DNA from: Eledone cirrhosa
Lineage: Eukaryota
Length of the DNA stretch: 64,000 bases
Direction: 5' to 3'
NCBI GenBank assembly: GCA_964016885.1
Contig: OZ024743.1
Coordinates: 137,950,001-138,014,000, forward strand
Shown here: positions 24,001-37,400 of the stretch, in pieces
How positions within the stretch are numbered: the stretch's first letter is position 1
How the letters are laid out: every line of letters begins with the position of its first letter
Notes under the pieces: model-generated
What the model was told of the DNA's origin: nothing
Databases searched by the model: none
What the model saw: the letters and a program-made list of their open reading frames with translations, nothing else
Made by a program: the position numbers and the translations under genes

Positions 24001-27000
24001 CTTGGTGCTTGGTCTTTGGTGTTTGGTGCTTGGTGCTTGGTGCTTGGTGTTTGGTGCTTGGTGCTTGGTGCTTGGTTATTAGTGTTTGGTGCTTGGTGCT
24101 TGGGGTTTGGTGTTTGGTGCTTGGTGCTTGGTGTTTGGTGTTTGCTGTATGGTGTTTGCTGTTTCGTGTTTGGTGTTTGCTGTTTGGTGTTTAATGCTTG
24201 GTGCTTGGTGCTTGGTGTTTGGTGCTTGGTGCTTGGTGCTTGGTGCTTGGCGTTTGCTCTTTGCTGTTTGGTGTTTGGTGCTTGCTGTTTGGTGTTTGGT
24301 GTTTGGTGTTTGGTGTTTGGTGCTTGCTGTTTGGTGCTTGGTGCTTGGTGTTTGGTGTTTGGTGTTTGGTGCTTGGTGCTTGGTGTTTGGTGCTTGTTGC
24401 TTGGTGCTGGGTGTTTGGTGCTTGTTGCTTGGTGTTTGGTGCTTGGTGCGTGGTGCTTGGTGTTTGGTGTTTGGTGCTTGCTGCTTGGTGCTTGGTGTTT
24501 GGTGCTTGGTGCTTGGTGATTAGTGTTTGGTGCATGGTGCTTGGTGTTTGTTTTTTGTTGCTTGGTTCTTGGTGTTTGGTGCTTGGTGCTTGCTGTTTGG
24601 TGTTTGGTGTTTGGTGCTTGGTGCTTGGTCTTTGGTCTTTGGTGTTTGGTGTTTGGTGCTTGGTGCTTGGTGTTTGGTGCTTGGTGTTTGGTGCTTGGTG
24701 TATGTGCTTGGTCCTTGGTGCTTGGTGCTTGGTTCTTGGTGTTTGGTGCTTGGTGTTTGGTGCTTGGTGTTTGGTGCTTGGTGCTTGGTGTTTGGTACTT
24801 GGTGCTTGGTGTTTGGTGTTTGGTGCTTGGTGTTTGGTGCTTGGTGCTTGGTGCTTGGTGTTAAGTGTTTGGTGTTTGCTGTATGGTGTTTGCTGTTTCG
24901 TGTTTGGTGTTTGCTGTTTGGTGTTTAATGCTTGGTGCTTGGTGCTTGGTGTTTGGTGCTTGGTGCTTGGTGCTTGGTGCTTGGCGTTTGCTCTTTGCTT
25001 TTTGGTGTTTGGTGCTTGCTGTTTGGTGTTTGGTGTTTGGTGTTTGGTGTTTGGTGCTTGCTGTTTGGTGCTTGGTGCTTGGTGTTTGGTGTTTGGTGTT
25101 TGGTGCTTGGTGCTTGGTGTTTGGTGCTTGGTGCTTGGTGCTGGGTGTTTGGTGCTTGTTGCTTGGTGTTTGGTGTTTGGTGCTTGGTGCTTGGTGTTTG
25201 GTGTTTGGTCCTTGGTGCTTGGTGCTTGGTCTTTGGTGCTTGGGGTTTGGTGTTTGGTGCTTGGTGCTTGGTGTTTGGTGCTTGGTGCTTGGTGCTTGGT
25301 GTTTGGTGTTTGGTGCTTGCTGCTTGGTGCTTGGTGTTTGGTGCTTGGTGCTTGGTGATTAGTGTTTGTTGCATGGTGCTTGGTGTTTGTTGTTTGGTGC
25401 TTGGTGCTTGGTGTTTGGTGCTTGGTGCTTGCTGTTTGGTGTTTGGTGTTTGGTGCTTGGTGCTTGGTGTTTGGTGCTTGGTGTTTGGTGCTTGGTGTAT
25501 GTACTTGGTGCTTGGTGCTTGGTGTTTGGTGCTTGGTTCTTGGTGTTTGGTGCTTGGTGCTTGGTGCTTGGTGTTTGGTGCTTGGTGCTTGGTGTTTGGT
25601 ACTTGGTGCTTGGTGTTTGGTGTTTGGTGCTTGGTGTTTGGTGCTTGGTGCTTGGTGCTTGGTGTTAAGTGTTTGGTGCTTGGTGCTTGGTGTTTGGTGC
25701 TTGGTGCTTGGTGCTTGGTGTTTGGTGCTTGGTGCTTGGTGTTTGGTGCTTGGTGCTTGGTGTTTGGTACTTGGTGCTTGGTGTTTGGTGTTTGGTGCTT
25801 GGTGTTTGGTGCTTGGTGCTTGGTGCTTGGTGTTAAGTGTTTGGTGCTTGGTGCTTGGTGTTTGGTGCTTCGTGCTTGGTGTTTGGTGTTTGGTGCTAGG
25901 TGCTTGGTGCTTGGTGTTTGGTGCTTGGTGCTTGGTGTTTGGTGCTTGGTGCTTGGGGCTTGGTGTTTGGTGCTTGCTGCTTGGTGTTTGGTGCTTGGTG
26001 CTTGGTGCTTGGTGTTTGGTGTTTGGTGTTTGGTGCTTGGTGTTTGGTGCTTGGTGCTTGGTGCTGGGTGGTTGATGTTTGGTGCTTGGTGCTTGGTGTT
26101 TGGTGCTTGGTGCTTGGTGCTTATTGTTTGGTGCTTGGTGCTTGGTGCTTGGGGCTTGGCCTTTGGTGCTTGGTGTTTGCTGTTTGGTGTTTGGTGTTTG
26201 TGCTTGGTGCTTGGTGCTTGGTGTTTGGTGCTAGGTGCTTGACGCTTGGCGTTTGGTGCTTGGTGCTTGGTGCTTGGTGATTAGTGTTTGGTGCTTGGTG
26301 CTTGGGGTTTGGTGTTTGGTATTTGCTGTTTGGTGTTTGCTGTATGGTGTTTGCTGTTTTGTGTTTCGTGTTTGCTGTTTGGTGTTTGGTGCTTGGTGCT
26401 TGGTGCTTGGTGTTTCATGCTTGGTGCTTGGTGCTTGGTGTTTGGCGTTTGCTGTTTGCTGTTTGGTGTTTGGTGCTTGGTGGCTGGTGTTTGGTGCTTG
26501 GTGTTTGGATTTTGGTGCTTGGTGCTTGGTGCCTGGTGTTTCGTGCTTGGTGCTTGGTGCTTGGTGTTTGGTGTTTGGTGCTTGGTGTTTGGTATTTGGT
26601 GCTTGGTGCTTGGTGCTTGGTGTTTGGTGCTTGGTGCTTGGTGCTTGGTGTTTGATGCTGCGTGCTTGGTGTTTGGTGTTTGGTGCTTGATGCTTGGTGT
26701 TTGTTGTTTGGAGCTTGGTGCCTGGTGCTTGTTGTTTGGTGCCTCGTGCTTGTTGTTTGGTGTTTGGTGCTTGGTGCTTGGTGTTTGGTGCTTGGTGCTT
26801 GGTGCTTGGTGTTCGGTGCTTGGTGCTTGGTGTTTGGTGCTTGGTGCTTGGTGTTTGGTGCTTGGTGTTTGGTGCTTGGTGCTTGGTGCTTGGTGCTTGG
26901 TGTTAGGTGTTTGGTGCTTGGTGCTTGGTGTTTGATGTTTGGTCCTTGGTGCTTGGTGTTTGGTGTTTGGTGCTTGGTGCTTGGTGTTTGGTGTTTGGTG

Positions 27001-29090
27001 CTTGCTGCTTGGTGCTTGGTGTTTTGTGTTTGGAGTTTGGTGTTTGGTGTTTGGTGCTTCGGTCTTGGTGCTTGGTGTTTGGTGCTTGGTGCTTGGTGTT
27101 TGGTGCTTGGTGCCTGGTGCTTGTTGTTTGGTGCTTGGTGCTTGGTGTTTGATGATTGGTGCTTGGTGTTTGGTGCTTGGTGCTTGGTGCTTGGTGCTTG
27201 GTGTTAGGTGTTTGGTGCTTGGTGCTTGGTGTTTGATGTTTGGTCCTTGGTGCTTGATGCTTGGTGTTTGGTGCTTGGTGCTTGGTGTTTGGTGTTTGGT
27301 GCTTGGTGCTTGGTGTTTGGTGCTTGCTGCTTGCTGCTTGGGTTTTGGTGCTTGGTGATTGGTGCTTGGTGTTTTGTGCTTGGTGCTTGGTGTTTGGTGT
27401 TTGGTGTTTGGGGCTTGGTGCTTGGTGCTTGGTGCTTGGTGCTTGGTGTTTGGTGCTGCGTGCTTGGTGTTTGGTGTCTGGAGTTTGGTGCTTGGTGCTT
27501 GGTGCCTGGTGTTTCGTGCTTGGTGCTTGGTGCTTGGTGTTTGGTGTTTGGTGCTTGGTGTTTGGTGTTTGGTACTTGGTGTTTGGTGCTTGGTGCCTGG
27601 TGCTTGGTGTTTGGTGCTTGGTGCTTGGTGTTTGGTGATTGGTGCTTGGTGTTTGGTGATTGGTGCTTGATGCTTGGTGCTTGGTGTTAGGTGTTTGGTG
27701 CTTGGTGCTTGGTGTTTGATGTTTGGTCCTTGGTGCTTGGTGTTTGGTGTTTGGTGCTTGGTGCTTGGTGTTTGGTGTTTGGTGCTTGCTGCTTGCAGCT
27801 TGGTGTTTGGTGCTTGGTGATTGGTGCTTGGTGTTTTGTGCTTGGTGCTTGGTGTTTGGTGTTTGGTGCTAGGGGCTTAGTGCTTGGTGCTTGGTGTTTG
27901 GTGCTTGGTGCTTGCTGTTTGGTGTTTGGTGCTTGGTGCGTGGGACTTAGTGTTTGGTGTTTGGTGCTTGGTGTTTGGTGCTTGGTGTTTGGGGCTTGGT
28001 GTTCGGTGCTTGGTGCTTGGTGCTTGGGGCTTGGTGTTTGTTGTTTGGTGCTTGGTGCTTGGTCTTTGGTGCTTGGTGTTTGGTGTTTGGTGCTTGGTGC
28101 TTGGTGCTTGGTGCTTGGTTTTTGGTGCTTGGTGCTTGGTGCTTGGTGTTTGGTGCTTGGTGCTTGGTGCTTGTTGTTTGGTGCTTGGTGCTTGGTCTTT
28201 GGTGCTTGGTGTTTGGTGTTTGGTGCTTGGTGCTTGGTGTTTGGTGCTTGGTGCCTGGTGTTTAGTGTTTGGTGCTTGGTGCTTGGTGTTTGGTGATTGG
28301 TGCTTGGTGCTTGGTGCTTAGTGCTTGGTGTTTGGTGTTTGGTGCTTGGTGTTTGGTGTTTGGTGTTTGATGCTTGGTTTTTGCTGCTTGGTGCTTGGTG
28401 CCTGGTGCTTGGTGCTTGGTGCTTGTTGTTTGGTGCTTGGTGCTTGGTTATTAGTCTTTGGTGCTTGGTGCTTGGTGTTTGGTGTTTCGTGCTTCGTGTC
28501 TAGTGTTTGGGTTTTGGTGTTTGGTGTTTGCTGTATGGTGTTTGCTGTTTCGTGTTTGGTGCTTCGTGCTTGGTGCTTGGTGTTTGGTGCATGGTGCTTG
28601 GTGTTTGAGGCTTGGTGCCTGGTGCTTTGTGTTTGGTGCTAGGTGCTTGGTGCTTGGTCTTTGGTGTTTGGTGCTTGGTGCTTGGTGCTTGGTGTTTGGT
28701 GCTTGGTGCTTGGTGCTTGGTTATTAGTGTTTGGTGCTTGGTGCTTGGGGTTTGGTGTTTGGTGCTTGGTGCTTGGTGTTTGGTGTTTGCTGTATGGTGT
28801 TTGCTGTTTCGTGTTTGGTGTTTGCTGTTTGGTGTTTAATGCTTGGTGCTTCGTGCTTGGTGTTTGGTGTTTGGTGCTTGGTGCTTGGTGCTTGGCGTTT
28901 GCTCTTTGCTGTTTGGTGTTTGGTGCTTGCTGTTTGGTGTTTGGTGTTTGGTGTTTGGTGTTTGGTGCTTGCTGTTTGGTGCTTGGTGCTTGGTGTTTGG
29001 TGTTTGGTGTTTGGTGCTTGGTGCTTGGTGTTTGGTGCTTGGTGCTTGGTGCTGGGTGTTTGGTGCTTGTTGCTTGGTGTTTGGTGCTTG
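21100..29090. repeat. Imperfect tandem higher-order duplication, offset ~4.4-4.6 kb
   Basis: ORF pairs 21514/25900 and 21849/26235 (4386), 23102/27691 (4589), and 23652/28297, 23967/28612, 24086/28731 (4645). Confidence 0.82.
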
Positions 29091-32000
29091 GTGCTTGATG
29101 CTTGGTGCTTGGTGTTTGGTCCTTGGTGCTTGGTGCTTGGTCTTTGGTGCTTGGGGTTTGGTGTTTGGTGCTTGGTGCTTGGTGTTTGGTGTTTCGTGCT
29201 TGGTGCTTGGTGTTTGGCGTTTGCTGTTTGCTGTTTGGTGTTTGGTGTTTGCTGTTTGGTGTTTGCTGTTTGGTGTTTGGTGCTTGGTGCTTGGTGGCTG
29301 GTGTTTGGTGCTTGGTGTTTGAATTTTGGTGCTTGGTGCTTGGTGCCTGGTGTTTCGTGCTTGGTGCTTGGTGCTTGGTGTTTGGTGTTTGGTGCTTGGT
29401 GTTTGGTATTTGGTGCTTGGTGCTTGGTGCTTGGTGTTTGGTGCTTGGTGCTTGGTGCTTGGTGTTTGATGCTGCGTGCTTGGTGTTTGGTGTTTGGTGC
29501 TTGATGCTTGGTGTTTGTTGTTTGGAGCTTGGTGCCTGGTGCTTGTTGTTTGGTGCCTCGTGCTTGTTGTTTGGTGTTTGGTGCTTGGTGCTTGGTGTTT
29601 GGTGCTTGGTGCTTGGTGCTTGGTGTTTGGTGCTTGGTGCTTGGTGTTTGGTGCTTGGTGCTTGGTGTTTGGTGCTTGGTGTTTGGTGCTTGGTGCTTGG
29701 TGCTTGGTGCTTGGTGTTAGGTGTTTGGTGCTTGGTGCTTGGTGTTTGATGTTTGGTCCTTGGTGCTTGGTGTTTGGTGTTTGGTGCTTGGTGCTTGGTG
29801 TTTGGTGTTTGGTGCTTGGTGCTTGGTGCTTGGTGTTTTGTGTTTGAAGTTTGGTGCTTGGTGTTTGGTGCTTCGGTCTTGGTGCTTGGTGTTTGGTGCT
29901 TGGTGCTTGGTGTTTGGTGCTTGTTGCCTGGTGCTTGTTGTTTGGTGCTTGGTGCTTGGTGTTTGATGATTGGTGCTTGGTGTTTGGTGCTTGGTGCTTG
30001 GTGCTTGGTGTTAGGTGTTTGGTGCTTGGTGCTTGGTGTTTGATGTTTGGTCCTTGGCGCTTGGTGTTTGGTGTTTGGTGCTTGGTGCTTGGTGTTTGGT
30101 GTTTGGTGCTTGGTGCTCGGTGTTTGGTGCTTGCTGCTTGCTGCTTGGGTTTTGGTGCTTGGTGATTGGTGCTTGGTGTTTTGTGCTTGGTGCTTGGTGT
30201 TTGGTGTTTGGTGTTTGGTGTTTGGTGCTTGGTGCTTGGTGCTTGGTGCTTGGTGCTTGGTGTTTGGTGCTGCGTGCTTGGTGTTTGGTGTCTGGAGTTT
30301 GGTGCTTGGTGCTTGGTGCCTGGTGTTTCGTGCTTGGTGCTTGGTACTTGGTGTTTGGTGTTTGGTGCTTGGTGTTTGGTGTTTGGTACTTGGTGTTTGG
30401 TGCTTGGTGCCTGGTGCTTGGTGTTTGGTGCTTGGTGCTTGGTGTTTGGTGATTGGTGCTTGGTGTTTGGTGATTGGTGCTTGATGCTTGGTGCTTGGTG
30501 TTAGGTGTTTGGTGCTTGGTGCTTGGTGTTTGATGTTTGGTCCTTGGTGCTTGGTGTTTGGTGTTTGGTGCTTGGTGCTTGGTGTTTGGTGTTTGGTGCT
30601 TGCTGCTTGCTGCTTGGTGTTTGGTGCTTGGTGATTGGTGCTTGGTGTTTTGTGCTTGGTGCTTGGTGTTTGGTGATTGGTGCTTGGTGTTTGGTGTTTG
30701 GTGCTAGGGGCTTAGTGCTTGGTGCTTGGTGTTTGGTGCTTGGTGCTTGCTGTTTGGTGTTTGGTGCTTGGTGCGTGGGACTTAGTGTTTGGTGTTTGGT
30801 GCTTGGTGTTTGGTGCTTGCTGTTTGGGGCTTGGTGTTCGGTGCTTGGTGCTTGGTGCTTGGGGCTTGGTGTTTGTTGTTTGGTGCTTGGTGCTTGGTCT
30901 TTGGTGGTTGGTGTTTGCTGTTTGGTGCTTGGTGCTTGGTGCTTGGTTTTTGGTGCTTGGTGCTTGGTGCTTGGTGTTTGGTGCTTGGTGCTTGGTGCTT
31001 GTTGTTTGGTGCTTGGTGCTTGGTCTTTGGTGCTTGGTGTTTGGTGTTTGGTGCTTGGAGCTTGGTGTTTGGTGCTTGGTGCCTGGTGTTTAGTGTTTGG
31101 TGCTTGGTGCTTGGTGCTTAGTGCTTGGTGTTTGGTGTTTGGTGCTTGGTGTTTGGTGTTTGGTGTTTGATGCTTGGTTTTTGCTGCTTGGTGCTTGGTG
31201 CTTGGTGCTTGGTGTTCTGTGTTTGGTGCTTGGTGCTTGGTGCCTGGTGCTTGGTGCTTGGTGCATGTTGTTTGGTGCTTGGTGCTTGGTTATTAGTCTT
31301 TGGTGCTTGGTGCTTGGTGTTTGGTGTTTCGTGCTTGGTGTCTAGTGTTTGGGTTTTGGTGTTTGGTGTTTGCTGTATGGTGTTTGCTGTTTCGTGTTTG
31401 GTGCTTCGTGCTTGGTGCTTGGTGTTTGGTGCATGGTGCTTGGTGTTTGAGGCTTGGTGCCTGGTGCTTTGTGTTTGGTGCTAGGTGCTTGGTGCTTGGT
31501 CTTTGGTGTTTGGTGCTTGGTGCTTGGTGCTTGGTGTTTGGTGCTTGGTGCTTGGTGCTTGGTTATTAGTGTTTGGTGCTTGGTGCTTGGGGTTTGGTGT
31601 TTGGTGCTTCGTGCTTGGTGTTTGGTGTTTGCTGTATGGTGTTTGCTGTTTCGTGTTTGGTGTTTGCTGTTTGGTGTTTAATGCTTGGTGCTTGGTGCTT
31701 GGTGTTTGGTGCTTGGTGCTTGGTGCTTGGTGCTTGGCGTTTGCTCTTTGCTGTTTGGTGTTTGGTGCTTGCTGTTTGGTGTTTGGTGTTTGGTGTTTGG
31801 TGCTTGCTGTTTGGTGCTTGGTGCTTGGTGTTTGGTGTTTGGTGTTTGGTGCTTGGTGCTTGGTGTTTGGTGCTTGGTGCTTGGTGCTGGGTGTTTGGTG
31901 CTTGTTGCTTGGTGTTTGGTGCTTGGTGCTTGATGCTTGGTGCTTGGTGTTTGGTCCTTGGTGCTTGGTGCTTGGTCTTTGGTGCTTGGGGTTTGGTGTT
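26470..32000. repeat. Imperfect tandem duplication, offset ~2.81-2.84 kb
   Basis: ORF pairs 26662/29476, 26907/29721 and 27691/30505 (2814 = 402x7), and 28458/31300, 28612/31454 (2842 = 406x7). Confidence 0.82.
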
Positions 32001-34429
32001 TGGTGCTTGGTGCTTGGTGTTTGGTGCTTGGTGCTTGGTGCTTGGTGTTTGGTGTTTGGTGCTTGCTGCTTGGTGCTTGGTGTTTGGTGCTTGGTGCTTG
32101 GTGATTAGTGTTTGGTGCATGGTGCTTGGTGTTTGTTGTTTGGTGCTTGGTGCTTGGTGTTTGGTGCTTGGTGCTTGCTGTTTGTTGGTGGTGTTTGGTG
32201 CTTGGTGCTTGGTGTTTGGTGTTTGGTGTTTGGTGCTTGGTGTTTGGTGCTTGGTGTATGTACTTGGTGCTTGGTGCTTGGTGTTTGGTGCTTGGTTCTT
32301 GGTGTTTGGTGCTTGGTGCTTGGTTTTGGTGCTTGGTGCTTGGTATTTGGTACTTGGTGCTTGGTGTTTGGTGTTTGGTGCTTGGTGTTAAGTGTTTGGT
32401 GCTTGGTGCTGGTGTTTGGTGCTTCGTGCTTGGTGCTTGGTGTTTGGTGCATGGTGCTTGATATTTGGGGCTTGGTGCCTGGTGCTTGTTGTTTGGTGCT
32501 TGGTGCTTGGGGCTTGGTGTTTGGTGTTTGGTGCTTGGTGTTCGGTGCTTGGTGCTTGGTGCTTGGTACTTGGTGTTAGGTTTTTGGTGCTTGGGGCTTG
32601 GTGTTTGATGTTTGGTCCTTGGTGCTTGGTGTTTGGTGTTTGGTGCTTGGTGCTCGGTGTTTCGTGTTTGGTGCTTGCTGCTTGCCGCTTGGTGTTTGGT
32701 GCTTGGTGATTGGTGCTTGGTGTTTGGTGCTTGGTGGTTGGTGCTTGGTGTTTGGTGTTTGGTGCTAGGCGTTTGGTGCTTGGTGTTTGGTGCTTGGTGC
32801 TTGGTGTTTGCTGTTTGGTGCTTGGGGCTTGGGGCTTGGTGTTTGGTGCTTGCTGCCTGGTGTTTGGTGCTTGGTGCTTGGTGCTTGGTGTTTGGTGTAT
32901 GGTGTTTGGTGCTTGGTGTTTGGTGCTTGGTGCTTGGTGCTGGGTGGTTGATGTTTGGTGCTTGGTGCTTGGTGTTTGGTGCTTGGTGCTTGGTGCTTAT
33001 TGTTTGGTGTTTGGTGCTTGGTGCTTGGTGTTTGGTGCTTGGTGCTTGGTGCTTGGTATTTGGTGCTTGGTGCTTGGTGTTTGGTGCTTGGTGCTTGGTG
33101 TTTGGTGCTTGGTGTTTGGTGCTTGGTGCTTGGTGCTTGGTGCTTGGTGTTAGGTGTTTGGTGCTTGGTGCTTGGTGTTTGATGTTTGGTCCTTGGTGCT
33201 TGGTGTTTGGTGTTTGGTGCTTGGTGCTTGGTGTTTGGTGTTTGGTGCTTGCTGCTTGGTGCTTGGTGCTTGGTGTTTGGTGCTTGGTGCTTGGTGTTTG
33301 GTGTTTGGCGTTTGCTGTTTGCTGTTTGGTGTTTGGTGTTTGCTGTTTGGTGTTTGCTGTTTGGTGTTTGGTGCTTGGTGCTTGGTGTCTGGTGTTTGGT
33401 GCTTGGTGTTTGGATTTTGGTGCTTGGTGCTTGGTGCCTGGTGTTTCGTGCTTGGTGCTTGGTGCTTGGTGTTTGGTGTTTGGTGCTTGGTGTTTGGTGT
33501 TTGGTATTTGGTGCTTGGTGTTTGTGCTTGGTGTTTGGTGCTTGGTGCTTGGTGCTTGGTGTTTGATGCTGCGTGCTTGGTGTTTGGTGTTTGGTGCTTG
33601 GTGCTTGGTGTTTGGTGTTTGGAGCTTGGTGCCTGGTGCTTGTTGTTTGGTGCCTGGTGCTTGTTGTTTGGTGTTTGGTGCTTGGTGCTTGGTGTTTGGT
33701 GCTTGGTGCTTGGTGCTTGGTGTTTGGTGCTTGGTGCTTGGTGTTTGGTGCTTGGTGCTTGGTGCTTGGTGCTTGGTGCTTGGTGCTTGGTGTTAGGTGT
33801 TTGGTGCTTGGTGCTTGGTGTTTGGTGTTTGGTGCTTGGTGCTTGGTGTTTGGTGTTTGGTGCTTGCTGCTTGGTGTTTGGTGCTTGCTGCTTGCTGCTT
33901 GGGTTTTGGTGCTTGGTGATTGGTGCTTGGTGTTTTGTGCTTGGTGCTTGGTGTTTGGTGTTTGGTGTTTGGTGCTTGGTGCTTGGTGCTTGGTGTTTGG
34001 TGCTTGGTGATTGGTGCTTGGTGTTTGGTGCTGCGTGCTTGGTGTTTGGTGTCTGGAGTTTGGTGCTTGGTGCTTGGTGCCTGGTGTTTCGTGCTTGGTG
34101 CTTGGTGCTTGGTGTTTGGTGCTTGGTGCTTGGTGTTTGGTGTTTGGTACTTGGTGTTTGGTGCTTGGTGCCTGGTGCTTGGTGTTTGGTGCTTGGTGCC
34201 TGGTGTTTGGTGATTGGTGCTTGGTGTTTGGTGATTGGTGCTTGATGCTTGGTGCTTGGTGTTAGGTGTTTGGTGCTTGGTGATTGGTGTTTGATGTTTG
34301 GTCCTTGGTGCTTGGTGTTTGGTGTTTGGTGCTTGGTGCTTGGTGTTTGGTGTTTGGTGCTTGCTGCTTGCTGCTTGGTGTTTGGTGCTTGGTGATTGGT
34401 GCTTGGTGTTTTGTGCTTGGTGCTTGGTG

Positions 34430-37400
34430 TTTGGTGTTTGGTGCTAGGGGCTTAGTGCTTGGGGCTTGGTGTTTGGTGCTTGGTGCTTGCTGTTTGGTGT
34501 TTGGTGCTTGGTGCGTGGGACTTAGTGTTTGGTGTTTGGTGCTTGGTGTTTGGTGCTTGGTGTTTGGGGCTTGGTGTTCGGTGCTTGGTGCTTGGTGCTT
34601 GGGGCTTGGTGTTTGTTGTTTGGTGCTTGGTGCTTGGTCTTTGGTGCTTGGTGTTTGGTGTTTGGTGCTTGGTGCTTGGTGTTTGGTGCTTGGTGCCTGG
34701 TCTTTAGTGTTTGGTGCTTGGTGCTTGGTGTTTGGTGATTGGTGCTTGGTGTTTGGTGTTTGGTGTTTGATGCTTGGTTTTTGCCGCTTGGTGCTTGGTG
34801 CTTGGTGCTTGGTGTTCTGTGTTTGGTGCTTGGTGCTTGGTGCCTGGTGCTTGGTGCTTGGTGCTTGATGTTTGGTGCTTGGTGCTTGGTGATTAGTCTT
34901 TGGTGCTTGGTGCTTGGTGTTTCGTGTTTCGTGCTTGGTGTCTAGTGTTTGGTTTTGGTGTTTGGTGCTTGGTGCTTAGTGTTTGGTGTCTGGTGCTTGG
35001 TGCTTGGTGTTTGGTGTTTGGTGCTTGGTGTTTGGTGCTTGGTGCTTTGTGCTTGGTGTTTGGGGCTGGGTGTATGGTGTTTGGTGCTTGGTGCTTGGTG
35101 CTTGGTGTTTGGTGTTTGGTGCTTGGTACTTGGTTTTTGGTGTTTGATGCTTGGTGTTTGATGCTTGTTGCTTGGTGCTTGGTGTTTTGTGTTTGGTGTT
35201 TGGTGCTTGGTGTATGTACTTGGTGCTTGGTGCTTGGTGTTTGGTGCTTGGTGTTTGGTGTTTGGTGCTTGGTGTTTGGTACTTGGTGCTTGGTGCTTGG
35301 TGTTAAGTGTTTGGTGCTTGGTGCTTGGTGTTTGGTGCTTCGTGCTTGGTGCTTGGTGTTTGGTGCATGGTGCTTGGTGTTTGGGGCTTGGTGCCTGGTG
35401 CTTTGTGTTTGGTGCTTGGTGTTCGGTGCTTGGTGCTTGGTGCTTGGTACTTGGTGTTAGGTTTTTGGTGCTTGGGGCTTGGTGTTTGATGTTTGGTCCT
35501 TGGTGCTTGGTGTTTGGTGTTTGGTGCTTGGTGCTCGGTGTTTCGTGTTTGGTGCTTGCTGCTTGCCGCTTGGTGTTTGGTGCTTGGTGATTGGTGCTTG
35601 GTGTTTGGTGCTTGGTGGTTGGTGCTTGGTGTTTGGTGTTTGGTGCTAGGCGTTTGGTGCTTGGTGTTTGGTGCTTGGTGCTTGGTGTTTGCTGTTTGGT
35701 GCTTGGGGCTTGGGGCTTGGTGTTTGGTGCTTGCTGCCTGGTGTTTGGTGCTTGGTGCTTGGTGCTTGGTGTTTGGTGTTTGGTGTTTGGTGCTTGGTGT
35801 TTGGTGCTTGGTGCTTGGTGCTGGGTGGTTGATGTTTGGTGCTTGGTGCTTGGTGTTTGGTGCTTGGTGCTTGGTGCTTATTGTTTGGTGTTTGGTGCTT
35901 GGTGCTTGGTGTTTGGTGCTTGGTGCTTGGTGCTTGGTGTTTGGTGCTTGGTGCTTGGTGTTTGGTGCTTGGTGCTTGGTGTTTGGTGCTTGGTGTTTGG
36001 TGCTTGGTGCTTGGTGCTTGGTGCTTGGTGTTAGGTGTTTGGTGCTTGGTGCTTGGTGTTTGATGTTTGGTCCTTGGTGCTTGGTGCTTGGTGTTTGGTG
36101 CTTGGTGTTTGGTGTTTGGTGCTTGGTGTTTGGTACTTGGTGCTTGGTGCTTGGTGTTAAGTGTTTGGTGCTTGGTGCTTGGTGTTTGGTGCTTCGTGCT
36201 TGGTGCTTGGTGTTTGGTGCATGGTGCTTGGTGTTTGGGGCTTGGTGCCTCGTGCTTTGTGTTTGGTGCTAGGTGCTTGGTGCTTGGTCTTTGGTGTTTG
36301 GTGCTTGGTGCTTGGTGCTTGGTGTTTGGTGCTTGGTGCTTGGTGCTTGGTTATTAGTGTTTGGTGCTTGGTGCTTGGGGTTTGGTGTTTGGTGCTTGGT
36401 GCTTGGTGTTTGGTGTTTGCTGTATGGTGTTTGCTGTTTCGTGTTTGGTGTTTGTTGTTTGGTGTTTAATGCTTGGTGCTTGGTACTTGGTGTTTGGTGT
36501 TTGGTGCTAGGGGCTTAGTGCTTGGTGCTTGGTGTTTGGTGCTTGGTGCTTGCTGTTTGGTGTTTGGTGCTTGGTGCGTGGGACTTAGTGTTTGGTGTTT
36601 GGTGCTTGGTGTTTGGTGCTTGGTGTTTGGGGCTTGGTGTTCGGTGCTTGGTGCTTGGTGCTTGGGGCTTGGTGTTTGTTGTTTGGTGCTTGGTGCTTGG
36701 TCTTTGGTGCTTGGTGTTTGGTGTTTGGTGCTTGGTGCTTGGTGTTTGGTGCTTGGTGCCTGGTCTTTAGTGTTTGGTGCTTGGTGCTTGGTGTTTGGTG
36801 ATTGGTGCTTGGTGTTTGGTGTTTGGTGTTTGATGCTTGGTTTTTGCTGCTTGGTGCTTGGTGCTTGGTGCTTGGTGTTCTGTGTTTGGTGCTTGGTGCT
36901 TGGTGCCTGGTGCTTGGTGCTTGGTGCTTGATGTTTGGTGCTTGGTGCTTGGTGATTAGTCTTTGGTGCTTGGTGCTTGGTGTTTCGTGTTTCGTGCTTG
37001 GTGTCTAGTGTTTGGGTTTTGGTGTTTGGTGCTTGGTGCTTAGTGTTTGGTGTCTGGTGCTTGGTGCTTGGTGTTTGGTGTTTGGTGCTTGGTGTTTGGT
37101 GCTTGGTGCTTTGTGCTTGGTGTTTGGGGCTGGGTGTATGGTGTTTGGTGCTTGGTGCTTGGTGCTTGGTGTTTGGTGTTTGGTGCTTGGTACTTGGTGT
37201 TTGGTGTTTGATGCTTGGTGTTTGATGCTTGTTGCTTGGTGCTTGGTGTTTTGTGTTTGGTGTTTGGTGCTTGGTGTATGTACTTGGTGCTTGGTGCTTG
37301 GTGTCTGGTGCTTGGTTCTTGGTGTTTGGTGCTTGGTGCTTGGTGTTTGGTGCTTGGTGTTTGGTGTTTGGTGCTTGGTTTTTGGTACTTGGTGCTTGGT

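Noticed and set aside
34949-34956. TTGGTT 6-bp unit where paralogs have TTGGGTT
   Set aside because: A single loss of one G from GGG is typical of homopolymer sequencing error, so it is not treated as biological without reads.
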